A model generated the notes under the pieces. The model saw nothing but the letters and a program-made list of their open reading frames with translations, had not been told where the DNA came from and did no database searches. Position numbers and translations under genes: made by a program. A stretch of DNA of 64,000 nucleotides. Origin: Macrostomum lignano. Lineage: Eukaryota. The DNA is taken from the NCBI GenBank assembly GCA_002269645.1, contig NIVC01000517.1, positions 151,043 to 215,042 of the forward strand, given 5' to 3'. Positions 1-12,327 of the stretch are shown piece by piece; within the stretch, counting starts at the first letter, position 1; the number at the start of each line of letters is the position of its first letter.

Positions 1-1962
1 GGAAATAGAGTGGGATTATAAAAAAACTTAACAAATAAAATAATAAATTAGAAAAATATTTATTATTATTAATGCTAGGCCTACTAACTGACTAAGCCAA
101 TAAAAATGCTATTGGACATAAAAAAAAATTGATTTATTTCATTTTTAGCAATCTAATTCCAACAAATATAACTATTACAAATATGAAATATTATAAAAAG
201 GAAAAATTGAAATTACTATAATACAACAATTAGTTATGGACCTAACTAAAACATAGGGGCTTATATGCACAGGCCTAACTTACCTATAGTAAGATAGCAG
301 TCCATTCTGAAGAACAAACCACCGCTTTTGGTAGCCACGAATGTAGTTGGTCCATTTATATAGCCAGCCTTTGTATTGGTCGCGATTCCCTGCATCGCTC
401 ATTGTGCCTGCAGGTTTGTATAGGACTGTAAGTGTAGAGTTCGATGAAGATAGTGTTAGTGAAATTTTTACTTCGTGGGAAACTAGTGTCTAGTTGAAAT
501 TTAATGCTAAAGAGATGCCACTATTGATTAAGGGTTATATTTTTATCCTTGACCTTGAGAATAACTTAGTTAGGCCTAAGCCTAATAATAATATGTTACT
601 TGGTAAACAGGATCACAATGTACTAATGCCATAGGAAAATTTTCCTAGAAAACTACAATCCAGAAACAACTTTTTATTATCAGCTTAGTTTTTGTTAGCT
701 TTTAAGCTTAAACGAAGACTTTAGATTGAAGTTCTCACTGTGAATTCGTTGATTCGCATTTTAAGGCAGGATGATGCAGAATAAATTGAAAAAGTCGTGA
801 TTTCTTTTACAAATAAATGAAATTATACTAAAAAGTAAGTTAAAAAGCAATTTTTATTAAGTGAATTAAACAAATATAGCATTCAGTGACAGAAGTGTAT
901 AATGCTTATTTGCTTTTGTTTTAATTTTTAAAAATCGCAAAAAACAGTAGCTCGGAATTCCAAACGCCAAGCCTAGCTAATAATATTATTTTTGGACTTC
1001 TTAATCTTTTCTAGGTTCATGAATTTAAGCGATATTAGACGATGGAATTTAATTGATGATACTTTTTATAATAAATTGGTTAAATGCAAACATTTAATAA
1101 ACTTGCGAATGTTTTTGATTTTATCGTAAGATTGTTGAAGGTACGCAAATTTATTTATTTGTTTATTTATCTTCAAAATTTATAAAAAATTATTTTGTAC
1201 TTTTGTCAGAATAAGAACAAAAAACAGATTGAAAAATCCAAGAATGAAATAACCACATAGGAGTTAATTTTACTTTAATAGGTGATTACAACAATTTAGA
1301 GATTTCAATTGCAGAAAAGTGGACACATTTGGACGGATTTACGAGTAGTTAGCCGTTCTATTAATACTAAATATATAAAATAAGCCGACAGTTAGAAATA
1401 AAATCATCTGCACTTCAACTCTTCAAAAAATCAATTTTAAACCAAATTATCTTTAGAAATTTACAACTTGATCTTGATCAAAGAAACAAGCACTACGGCA
1501 ACAGCTCAGAATTGTGACTGCCTATTAATTTAAATATACTAAATTTCTAATATTTGTATGTCCATAACGCTCTAGAGAGAGCAATTCTTGACCAACTTTG
1601 ATCGCGTTTTCGCCAAAATAAACTTTCTAAACTTACTTAACTGGATCTTTGACTAAGTCTGAATCTGTTGAAAGTACAAATCAATAGGAGCTGTTTTCAA
1701 TAACAATGCAAAAACTGCTGACCTAGCTTGTACACAGGACTTAAAAACCCATCAAATGGAATGTATAATTTTATTTAAACTGCAGTTGCCACGAAATTAA
1801 ACAAATCAGACGTTAAGTAAGCTATTTTTAGATCAATTGACTTGAGGAAAAACGGTAACGGACATGTTAAACATTAAATTCGTAGTCACTTATATTCAAG
1901 ATAGTTCATAAGTTTAAAGAAGTATTTTTTCAGTACTTCTGTGCTTAAAAATCAGCTGTCTG

Positions 1963-4900
1963 CTACTCCAGCTGTCGAGCAAAGCTGACATTGATTCCTT
2001 CATTGACCGCCTGTTGCATTAAGTCGCGCATTTTTCTATCGCTAATGCGTTTGTACTTTTCTAGCTCTTCATCTTTGGCTGCGCGAGCCCGATCCACGGC
2101 CGGCTCGTCAAATTTGTGCGGATCGTTAGGATCGACAGTGGGATTCTCCGGGACAGGATGGCGACCGCCTGAGAATTGATGACGCTGAAAGTGGCAAAAA
2201 CAATCATATACATATGCAATATAACTAATTAGAAAATTTGTATTCAAGTTCTAGGTCAGGAAGCCTTTGATATGCGCGGTAACTAAGGTGTAACTAAGGT
2301 GCCAAGGCTTACTAGGGGAATGGCTGAGGTTTTTCCAAGGAGAAGCTAAATGTAGTTTTTTTTAAATAATAATAACCATTCTTCCTTGGCTCCCCAACGG
2401 GAAATGCGCTGATTTCTAGCATACTACTATAATGTCAGGTAACTGAGAAGAATGGCTCTTCAACTTATTTACACTCACATTACAAATTATGAGCATTAAA
2501 AATATGCCTTTCAAAATTTATAACAACAACTAATCTTCACTACTTAACAAATGAATACCGAAATGGGGCCTACGACATATATGCGTATCAAAAGTAACCA
2601 TGCATTTTAATGGGCCTCAAAGTGCCAAGATAAACAACTTAGATAAATCTATATCTATAGTATGTATCAGATAGAAATCGAGGCTTCACCTCCTCTGGAA
2701 AGTGCTGATAAAACACGTGCTTCCATAGATCCAATGGAGTTCTGCAATTAATAAAAAATGTCAATGTTAACGCAAAGCAATAACTTAGCTTTGTTATTAG
2801 TTGAATAAAAAAAACAAAATCTGCCCTTACTTAGCTGACAGCCGATTGTAGTCGCCATCATCAGCAGGAGGCTGGCCAATTTTAGCGAACGAATCCCGGC
2901 CGGCAGGCAGAATGATGGGGCGGCCAACGTCCGCCTGAACCTCGTCCTGGTGAAAAAATCAACATTCAATGCACAAGTAGACACGCAATTAAAAGCAATT
3001 GATCTAGAGGATAAATTGAGGTCTCATTCATGAGCCTATAACAGTTGTTCCATTGCGAGATTTCAATAGCTAATTACCTCGGTAAAAATATTCCAATTTT
3101 AAGTGCGACAAAACGGCCCTTTTCGAGCTTTGATATAATTTTATTACTATTTCTACAATTAGTAGCCAGACACGAAGGGGGGCCGTAGCCCAGCGGCTCT
3201 GGTGTGCCAGCGACCCAGGCTCGATTCCAAGTGCAGTCACATTAATTTGGGGCTGAATTGGAATCTCCGCTTGGCTCTGCTCGTGCAATTAACGGCCTTG
3301 AGAGCCAACCCCCCAAGGCGCAGTGTAGTGTACATGCCTAACGATAATATAAAGTTAGGGCCGCTGTACGCTCCTGTGTGAGTGTGTGCCTGCGTACGTA
3401 TCCGCGCGCTTGTGTGCCTGCTCAGGGGAGTCGGCGGAATGGGCAATAATGTCTCTCGCCGGTTGTGTGCCTATGTCGCTTAAAGTGCGCCAGGGTGCAC
3501 ACAACCCCCCTGCCTCTAATAAAAAAATAAAAAGCCAGACACGAAAATATCATTGGTCAACTAAAAAAAGTATCGCCTGCCTCAAAGTGTATACCTGATG
3601 CGGATGATGACCGCCAGAGCCAAACGCCAGCTGGGTGAGATGCGACCTCAGTCTAGACGCCGCCTGCTCCTGCTTCACTGTCGAGAAAAAGTACAACGAC
3701 GCGTTATAACTATGCGCTAGAAAGCGCAACGTCTGCGTAGCAACGCGTTTCCGTTCGTGATCGACTTTCTCTTGGAATTGATCGAATTTGCCGCCAACAA
3801 TGGTTAGAGGCAGAGGGAACGGCGTCATGAGTTGGGCGTCGTCAGCCTAAAAAATCAGTATGTTACTGTGTGTTGAAGCTTAAAGTTCCGAAATCCACAC
3901 AACTGATAAATGGTGTGTTACCACCAACATATCGTTCACTTGACTGTGTTACCACCCTCAGATCATTCATTTGACTGTGTTACCATCCTCAGATCATTCA
4001 TTTGACGGTGTCACCAACCTCAGATCATTCATTTGACGGTGTCACCACCCTTAGATCATTCATTTGACGGTGTAAACAACCTCAGATCATTCATTTGACT
4101 GTGTTACCTTCCTCAGATCATTCATTTGACGGTGTCACCACCCTCAGATCCTTCATTTGACTTCACCACCCTCAGAGATCGTTCATTTGACGGTGTAAAC
4201 AACCTCAGATCATTCATTTGACTGTGTTACCATCCTCAGATCATTCATTTGACGGTGTAAACAACCTCAGATCATTCATTTGACTGTGTTACCATCCTCA
4301 GATCATTCATTTGACTGTGTTACCACCCTCAGATCATTTATTTGACTGTGTTACCATCCTCAGATCATTCATTTGACGGTGTAAACAACCTCAGATCATT
4401 CATTTGACGGTGTAAACAACCTCAGATCATTCATTTGACGGTGTAAACAACCTCAGATCATTCATTTGACAGTGTAAACAACCTCAGATCATTCATTTGA
4501 CGGTGTCACCACCCTCAGATCATTCATTTGACTGTGTTACCTTCCTCAGATCCTTCATTTGACTTCACCACCCTCAGAGATCGTTCATTTGACGGCGTAA
4601 ACAACCTCAGATCCTTCATTTGACGGCGTAAACACCTCCAAATCCTTTGTTTGACGGCACTACCACTATCAGATCCTTTATTTGACGGTGCTACCACCAT
4701 TTGACGGTGTTATCAACAACATCTCCCTTATTTGACGGTGTAAACACACTCAAATCCTTCATAGTACATAAATAATGGTATTAAAAACTGAATCACCTCA
4801 ACGTTTTGCAGGCGGTCCTTCTGTTTCTGCCTGAGCTGCTCCTTCAGCCGAGACTCTTTAGGCGCAGATGCGATCACCCTGCCAACGCAGGCAACCACCG

Positions 4901-5249
4901 CCGCGGTTAAAGCTTCAACAGCCGACCAAATTGTGCCTGGCTGGCTCAAATCAACTAGCAGTACAACGGAACAGTTGAGTACATTGTCGGCGTCAATGAC
5001 CATGTCCAATAGGCGAGTCATGCTGAAGCCGCCGCCCAATTCCCAGACGTGAGCAACTTCTTTATTAGAAGCGTGACCTTTGCTCTTACGCCCGAACGTG
5101 TACTCTAGAGCCACTGTAGGCTTGGGCGATTCATCTTTCTCTAACAGCCGATTGATCAATGTGGTCTTGCCGGCCGATTTGGAGCCGAGAAACAGCACGT
5201 GCGACTCCTGCTGGGAGACAGCTGCAATAAGGATAACTAAATGCATCAT
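1963..5249 (-). CDS. DYNC2LI1: Cytoplasmic dynein-2 light intermediate chain 1 (IFT dynein LIC). Exons (minus): 5249(or 5221)-4797, 3846-3595, 2946-2831, 2741-2690, 2184-1963
   Basis: Matches human D2LIC blocks: HVLFLGSKSAGKTT (P-loop-like), PKPTVALEYTFGR, HVWELGGG, VVLLVDLSQP, PFPLPLTIVGGKFD, TLRFLAHSYNASL, PIILPAGRDSFAKIG, TPLDLWKHVF, DEELEKYKR. All four introns are GT-AG with compatible phases (0,0,2,0). The 5' end is uncertain: ATG at 5249, or acceptor at 5222 with an upstream exon such as 7315-7240. Confidence 0.93.
3177..3532 (+). mobile_element. tRNA-derived SINE, copy A, in DYNC2LI1 intron 2 (antisense to host)
   Basis: Head GGGGGGCCGTAGCCCAG with B-box-like GGCTCGATTCC, A-rich tail CTCTAATAAAAAAATAAA, direct repeat AGCCAGACACGAA at 3164-3176 and 3533-3545; near-identical inverted copy at 25799-26159. 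Confidence 0.85.
3930..4740. repeat. 31-bp minisatellite (TTACCACCCTCAGATCATTCATTTGACTGTG) in DYNC2LI1 intron 1
   Basis: Tandem units read directly, degenerating at both ends. Confidence 0.95.
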
Positions 5250-5653
5250 GTCCGTTGAAAACGCTACCGTGACCTAATCGCTAAACAGTCGTTGCAAACA
5301 ACTCTCTCTAGTGGCTCTAGCAATTCTGAGGTGACTCTTGTGATTTGTGACTTTTTAACGACTCTAACGCGTTATAAGCGCGTCACGTGAGTTGTAGAAT
5401 CGTAAAAGAGTCGCGAAATAGTCGTGCAAGAGTCGCTGTGCTGGCGAATAACATTCTACTAACCCAGTAGGCTAGTTGGAGTACAATTAAATTTCAATAT
5501 AGGCTACACTGAGTATTTATTGTGTAACTGTAACTTGTTTAACCCTGACTCTGTAACGCGTCGCATTATAAAGATTCTACAGTGACGCTAAAGCGCTTCT
5601 TCTGAGAATTTTTAGCGACTAGAGAACGCCACTAAAATGCCGGAGATGTGACT

Positions 5654-7007
5654 GGGGGCCCATCACAAGCTCGAAAAATTACATCGTCGAAAAGCATCCA
5701 GCATCACAAGCTCGGAAAGTCATAAGCTCGAAAATTCACATCGTCGAAAACTGATTTAGAAACCACCATCACAAGCTCGAAAAGTCACATCGTCGAAAAG
5801 TCTAGCAACCACCATCACAAGCTCGAAAAGTCACATCGTCGAAAAGGTTAGCAACCACCATCATAAGCTCGAAAAGTCTAGCAACCACCATCATAAGCTC
5901 GAAAAGTCACATCGTCGAAAAGTCTAGCAACCACCATCATAAGCTCGAAAAGTCACATCGTCGAAAAGGTTAGCAACCACCAGCATAAGCTCGAAAAGTC
6001 TAGCAACCACCATCATAAGCTCGAAAAGTCTAGCAACCACCATAAGCTCGAAAAGTCACATCGTCGAAAAGTCTAGCAACCACCACCATAAGCTCGAAAA
6101 GTCACATCGTCGAAAAGTCTAGCAACCACCACCATTAGCTCGAAAAGTCACATCGTCGAAAAGTCTAGCAACCACCATCATAAGCTCGAAAAGTCACATC
6201 GTCGAAAAGTATAGCAACCACCACCATAAGCTCGAAAAGTCACATCGTCGAAAAGTCTAGCAACCACTATCATAAGCTCGAAAAGTCACATCGTCGAAAA
6301 GGTTAGCAACCACCAGCATAAGCTCGAAAAGTCTAGCAACCACCATCATAAGCTCGAAAAGTCTAGCAACCACCATAAGCTCGAAAAGTCACATCGTCGA
6401 AAAGTCTAGCAACCACCACCATAAGCTCGAAAAGTCACATCGTCGAAAAGTCTAGCAACCACCACCATTAGCTCGAAAAGTTACATCGTCGAAAAGTCTA
6501 GCAACCACCATCATAAGCATCGTCGAAAAGGTTAGCAATCACCAGCATAAGCTCGAAAAGTCATAAGCTCGAAAAATCACATCATCGAAAACTGATTTAG
6601 CAGCCACCATCACAAGCTCGAATAGGGTTAGGGTTAGTGCTTGTGCCTTAGAGGTTTAGGTTAGGGTCGGGGTTAGAACTTGTGCCTTTAGGGTTAGGGT
6701 TAGGTTAGGGTTGGGGTTAGGGTTAGTGCCTTAGGGTTAGGGTTCAGGGTTAATTTAGGGTACTGGTGCCTTAGGGTTAGGGTTAGAGCTTGTGCCTTTT
6801 CGAGCTTTTGATGGTGGTTGCTAAATTTTTCGACGATGTGATTTTTCGAGCTTATGACCTTTCGAGCTTATGATGGAGCCTTGTTTTCGACGATGTGATT
6901 GTTCGAGCTTGTGATGGAGCCTTGTTTTCGATGATGTGATTGTTCGAGCTTGTGATGGAGCCTTGTTTTCGACGATGTGATTTTTCGAGCTTATGATGGC
7001 GACCCCT
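5654..7007. mobile_element. Non-autonomous foldback-type DNA transposon with tandemly sub-repeated inverted arms and a TTAGGG-like core
   Basis: Left arm of CATCA(C/T)AAGCTCGAAAAGTCACATCGTCGAAAA units (5654-6620), inverted right arm (6797-7007), termini GGGGGCCCATCA / TGATGGCGACCCCT, exact 8-bp TSD ATGTGACT at 5646-5653 and 7008-7015. Confidence 0.85.
6624..6790 (+). repeat. Degenerate interstitial (TTAGGG)n inside the foldback element
   Basis: Runs such as AGGGTTAGGGTTAG and TTAGGGTTAGGGTTCAGGG interspersed with TGTGCC. Confidence 0.8.
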
Positions 7008-7439
7008 ATGTGACTCTAGTTCATCAAGCAACGCGAATACGCTTCAAACACAACTCAGCAACTTTACCACGCCTAAAATACGACTCAACTCCACTAATGT
7101 CGTTAATTTAAAGTCGAGGACAATAGAAAGTTTTAAACTGATTTTTAGACGACTCTTAGACAAACTTTCGGTAACTTGTACCGTGACATCTCGTTGTTTT
7201 AGAGCCATTTAGAGTCAATAGTTTCCTATTTTACCGTACCTATCATCTGCAACAACGATCTGAAACGACTGTGGGCCGACGCAAGTGACTCTGGGACGTT
7301 AAATTCATCGGACATTCATCATGTACTACATGCTTCGCTTAGTACAGGGCTCGGCAAACTCCGGACCGTGGGCCACATGCGGCTCTCTATGCGGCCGTGG
7401 GGTCCCTTGAAACTTCACAATAGCAATCCTAGAGTTATC

Positions 7440-7715
7440 TCTGATATCCTATCTATTCTCTTATCTCTTATCTCTCCCCTCTTTCGCTCCTCTCACCTCT
7501 CCCTCCTTCTCTCCCCTCTCCTCTCGATCAATGCCCTCTCTCCCTTCTCTCCTCTCTCTGTCTCCCTTCTCTGCTCTCTCTCCTCTTCTCTCCCTTCTCC
7601 CCTCTTTTCTCCTCTTATCTTCTACTCGTATATTTTTTCTCACCCTATCTCTCGTCTCTCCTTTCTTTTCTCATCTCGCATCTTTTATTTCTTTTCATTT
7701 CCACTCCCATCTATC
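7440..7715. repeat. CT-rich low-complexity tract
   Basis: Polypyrimidine CTCT/CCCT run; explains the L/S-rich and R/E-rich spurious ORFs. Confidence 0.9.
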
Positions 7716-8619
7716 CCGCAGCCATGAGCTGGATTTTTGATCTGGCCACGAGGCAAAAAGTTTGCAAAAACTGAAATAATCCAGAACTTACAGCTCTCCT
7801 TGCTTTTAGCATTTTCCAAAGCGATGTCCCACAGTGTCATGTTGTTTTGTCAGGTGTTGCGATTCTTCTGAAAATTTGAAAATGTTAATATGTTAATTTG
7901 TTAATCTAAGATGCCAATTTTTAGACATTGACTTAGACAATCATCCCAGATCCAACTTAAATCTCAAACCTAAACTCAGATTAAAATATTTAAGCTTTAC
8001 ATTATAATGCTAGACTTTATCTTCAGAACCCAAACTTAAATATGAAACTTTTATTAAGCAAACCACAAATCTAACTGTAAATTGGCAAACTATTAAAACA
8101 ATAATAAGAAATAAAGTACTCGGCAAAGGGCGCATATATTTACTGAGTAGAACATTAAAAGCATGAAACACAGATGCATATGTATCATTGTACACTAAAT
8201 TTAACCGGGCCTATTTAGTAATTGGCTGCAAAAAATCTATTATTGTTATCTATTATCTATTATCAAAATACAGCTTAGGAAGAACTGGCACAAGTTACGA
8301 GCGTATTAAAAATTCAAACAAACACACATTCAAACGACTAACACCGGAAATTTCAATAACTAGCATAAAAATATTAGTTGGTAACACTCTGAAAAAAAGT
8401 ACGCAACATTCAGCACAATTAAAGTGATATCATAAGCGCCTTAAAGAATTTTATATTACCACATGATTGCCACTTAAATACGCAACATCGTACTTTCAGT
8501 AGTTAACTATCAGTACAAATAATAATTCTTTTAAAAAGATTTCATAAGCCTGGACAAAAGCTAATGATTTAATCAACATGCATGAAATATTGAGCATAGA
8601 GCCTTGGAACGAGTTGAGG

Positions 8620-9860
8620 AGAGGTGCGAGGGCAGATTCAGGCACTGAGGAAAGGGCGGATAGGCAGATTTAAGGACTGAAGAAAGGACGGAGAGGCAGA
8701 TTCAGGCACTGAGGAAAGGGCGGATAGGCAGATTTAAGGACTGAAGAAAGGATGGAGAGGCAGATTCAGGGACTGAAGAAAGGGCGCAGGAGAGGCAGAT
8801 TCAGGGAATGATGGATGAGTGGAGAGGCAGATTCAAGGACTGAGGGAGGAGTGGAGAGGCAGATTCAAGGACTGAGGGAGGAGCGGAGAGGCAGATTCAG
8901 GGACTGAGGGAGGAGTGGAGAGGCAGATTCAAGGACTGAGGGAGGAGTGGAGAGGCAGATTCAGGGACTGAGGGAGGAGTGGAGAGGCAGATTCAAGGAC
9001 TGAGAGAGGAGTGGAGAGGCAGATTCAGGGACTGAGGGAGGAGTGGAGAGGCAGATTCAGGGACTGAGGGAGGAGTGGAGAGGCAGATTCAAGGACTGAG
9101 AGAGGAGTGGAGAGGCAGATTCAAGGACTGAGAGAGGAGTGGAGAGGCAGATTCAAGGACTGAGGGAGGAGTGGAGAGGCAGATTCAAGGACTGAGGGAG
9201 GAGTGGAGAGGCAGATTCAAGGACTGAGAGAGGAGTGGAGAGGCAGATTCAGGGACTGAGGGAGGAGTGGAGAGGCAGATTCAGGGACTGAGGGAGGAGT
9301 GGAGAGGCAGATTCAAGGACTGAGAGAGGAGTGGAGAGGCAGATTCAAGGACTGAGAGAGGAGTGGAGAGGCAGATTCAAGGACTGAGGGAGGAGTGGAG
9401 AGGCAGATTCAAGGACTGAGAGAGGAGTGGAGAGGCAGATTCAAGGACTGAGAGAGGAGTGGAGAGGCAGATTCAGGGACTGAGGGAGGAGTGGAGAGGC
9501 AGATTCAGGGACTGAGAGAGGAGTGGAGAGGCAGATTCAAGGACTGAGAGAGGAGTGGAGAGGCAGATTCAAGGACTGAGAGAGGAGTGGAGAGGCAGAT
9601 TCAAGGACTGAGAGAGGAGTGGAGAGGCAGATTCAAGGACTGAGAGAGGAGTGGAGAGGCAGATTCAAGGACTGAGAGAGGAGTGGAGAGGCAGATTCAA
9701 GGACTGAGAGAGGAGCGGAGAGGCAGATTCAAGGACTGAGAGAGGAGCGGAGAGGCAGATTCAGGGACTGAGAGAGGAGTGGAGAGGCAGATTCAAGGAC
9801 TGATGGAGGAGTGGAGAGGCAGTTTCAAGGACTGATGGAGGAGCGGAGAGGCAGAGGCAG
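8620..9860. repeat. 32-bp purine-rich minisatellite (GTGGAGAGGCAGATTCAAGGACTGAGAGAGGA) downstream of HOGA1
   Basis: Tandem units read directly; same family as 10570-11274. Confidence 0.95.
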
Positions 9861-9989
9861 ACTAAGAAAATGAAATGATGACCATGTACCGTGACCGTGT
9901 CACGGTATGGTGACCGTGTTTACATTATACGAATCCATCTTAATGTTTCGGTAAGCGGCGGTGACACAAACAGCTACTAATCAGATTGA

Positions 9990-12031
9990 TCAGGCAGACA
10001 CCGGTTGGAATCCGTTCCGCTCAAATTCGGCCCTCAATTCGGCTCTCTTCTCTTTGCTAAGCGGCGCCAAAGGCAGCCGGCAGGGTCCGCCGTACATGCC
10101 AAACAGTTCCATAGCGGCTTTGAGTCCGGGCACGCCCAGTCGCCTAGTTACCAGGCCGTTCGGGCCGATTATACGGCGCTGAAGTTGAGCAGCCGCTTCG
10201 TGGTCGCCGCTGCAGTGTAGATGGTACAGCTGGGCTGTGGGGCCGGGCAGTACGTTGGCGATGGCGCAGACTCCGCCAACGCAGCCCAGCTGAAGCCCGG
10301 GATGAAGCACGCTGCCAGTGCCAGAGAGCACCTTTTTGTTGCGGTATTAGATTGGGAAAATTCAAATTACCTGTAGCTTGAATCATACGCCACGCTGTGA
10401 CCTAGGCTAAGCAAGCACACAGGGTGTACCGCAGGCCTGAATTTACTACTGTCAGACTGGTAGACATGGGAGTTAATCGCACATAAAGTTAAAGTGGATA
10501 AATTAATCAAACGTACGCGACTTTGGTGTGATAGTCGGGACGCGGGAATTGCCGAGAAGAGGGACAAACTGTGGAGACGCAGATTCAGGGACTGATGAAG
10601 GGGCGGAGAGGCAGATTCAGGGACTGAGAGAGGGGCGGAGAGGCAGATTCAGGGACTGATGAAGGGGCGGAGAGGCAGATTCAGGGACTGATGAAGGGGC
10701 GGAGAGGCAGATTCAGGGACTGAGAGAGGGGCGGAGAGGCAGATTCAGGGACTGAGGAAGGGGCGGAGAGGCAGATTCAGGGACTGATGAAGGGGCGGAG
10801 AGGCAGATTCAGGGACTGAGAGAGGGGCGGAGAGGCAGATTCAGGGACTGAGGAAGGGGCGGAGAGGCAGATTCAGGGACTGATGAAGGGGCGGAGAGGC
10901 AGATTCAGGGACTGATGAAGGGGCGGAGAGGCAGATTCAGGGACTGATGAAGGGGCGGAGAGGCAGATTCAGGGACTGATGAAGGGGCGGAGAGGCAGAT
11001 TCAGGGACTGATGAAGGGGCGGAGAGGCAGATTCAGGCACTGAGAGAGGGGCGGAGAGGCAGATTCAGGGACTGATGAAGGGGCGGAGAGGCAGATTCAG
11101 GGACTGATGAAGGGGCGGAGAGGCAGATTCAGGGACTGAGAGAGGGGCGGAGAGGCAGATTCAGGGACTGAGGAAGGGGCGGAGAGGCAGATTCAGGGAC
11201 TGAGGAAGGGGCGGAGAGGCAGATTCAGGGACTGAGGAAGGGGCGGAGAGGCAGATTCAGGGACTGAGGAAGGGCTTAAAGAGTAACCATATTATAAAGC
11301 TTGTACACACGCAGACATTTGCTCACCTGGAAGCCCGGCCGGACAGCGTCCACCACGGTGGCCAGTTTAACCACATCGCCGCTGCTATCCTTAACGCCAG
11401 CAATATTGGGATGGTCAGCCAGACGGGCCATCAGGCTGACTGGCAGGTCATAGCCGGTGCTAGCGGGCATATTATATAGTATTATCGGCCTTGGAGACTG
11501 CTTAGCAACTGTCATATAGTGATCATAAAGCGCCTCTTCGCTAATATGATTGCGAAAGAAGCTGGGGTTGAGTACCAGGAGAGCATCGGCTCCTGCCTCA
11601 ACAAGTCGCTCGCAGGTGGCCAATGTGGCTCTGGTAGTCTCGCAGCCGGCGCCAGCAACCAGGAGGCTGCCTGGCTTCATCAACTGGCGGCATTTAGTTA
11701 CTAGGGCGGCTTTTTCGTCAAGAGTCAAACTGGCTGATTCGCCATTGGTGCCAATGACAACATAGCCTGTGTGACAGGGGGGTGCTTCCTTAGATAAGAT
11801 CAATTTTCTTTAAAAAATACCTCATATGTATACACTTATTATTTTACCTGCAAGGGAGTGCTTATTCCACACTTCAAAATTAATCTGCAGCTTGTCAAAA
11901 TCAATGTCCTCTTTGGCATTGAATGGAGTTGGAATTGGGGGTAGGACACCAGCTAGTTTTATAGATGACATGGATCTTAGCACCATTTTGCTAGATCGAA
12001 TCACTTTATTTAGCTTCAATAGGCTATTCAT
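9990..12031 (-). CDS. HOGA1: 4-hydroxy-2-oxoglutarate aldolase, mitochondrial (DHDPS/NAL family). Exons (minus): 12031-11848, 11766-11327, 10331-9990
   Basis: Basic/Ser-rich N-terminus resembling a mitochondrial presequence; LAGVLPPIPTPF, GTNGE, AGAGCETTRAT, PIILYNMPA (Tyr), HPNIAGVKDS (Schiff-base Lys), GCVGGVCAIANVL, VTRRLGVPGLKAAM, YGGPCRLPL. Intron phases (1,0) join the frames. Confidence 0.95.
10570..11274. repeat. 32-bp minisatellite (GCGGAGAGGCAGATTCAGGGACTGATGAAGGG) in HOGA1 intron 2
   Basis: Tandem units read directly. Confidence 0.95.
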
Positions 12032-12327
12032 AATAGGCTGAAATTAGAAAGAAGTTACTATAACATTTATATTGCAAATAGCTTAACAAAATAATATGCT
12101 AAACAAAGCCATTTCAATACTTAAAAGTACTTTCAAAATAGTAAAAAATAATGAAACTCACAATTGCATACTTTGTTAATCTATAAAAAAGAACAAATGA
12201 GTTTGTACACAATAGTATTACACAATATTAGTTATTTTATGTGACAGTCAATTCAGTGATTTTATTGAATACAGTCATTTTAAGGTCATCCATTTAAGTA
12301 ACAGTCTTTGTTGTGCTATATATAAAT

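Noticed and set aside
7345-7773. hAT-type MITE (CAGGGCTCGGCAAAC ... AGTTTGCAAAAACTG)
   Set aside because: Termini resemble hAT/Charlie MITEs but match poorly and no 8-bp TSD is visible; not supportable as a feature.
9888-9908. Perfect hairpin TACCGTGAC-CGT-GTCACGGTA downstream of the HOGA1 stop
   Set aside because: Single 9-bp stem with no supporting context; could be chance.
9990-12031. Horizontally acquired bacterial DHDPS/dapA
   Set aside because: Has spliceosomal introns, a presequence-like N-terminus and HOGA1-type motifs; ordinary animal gene.
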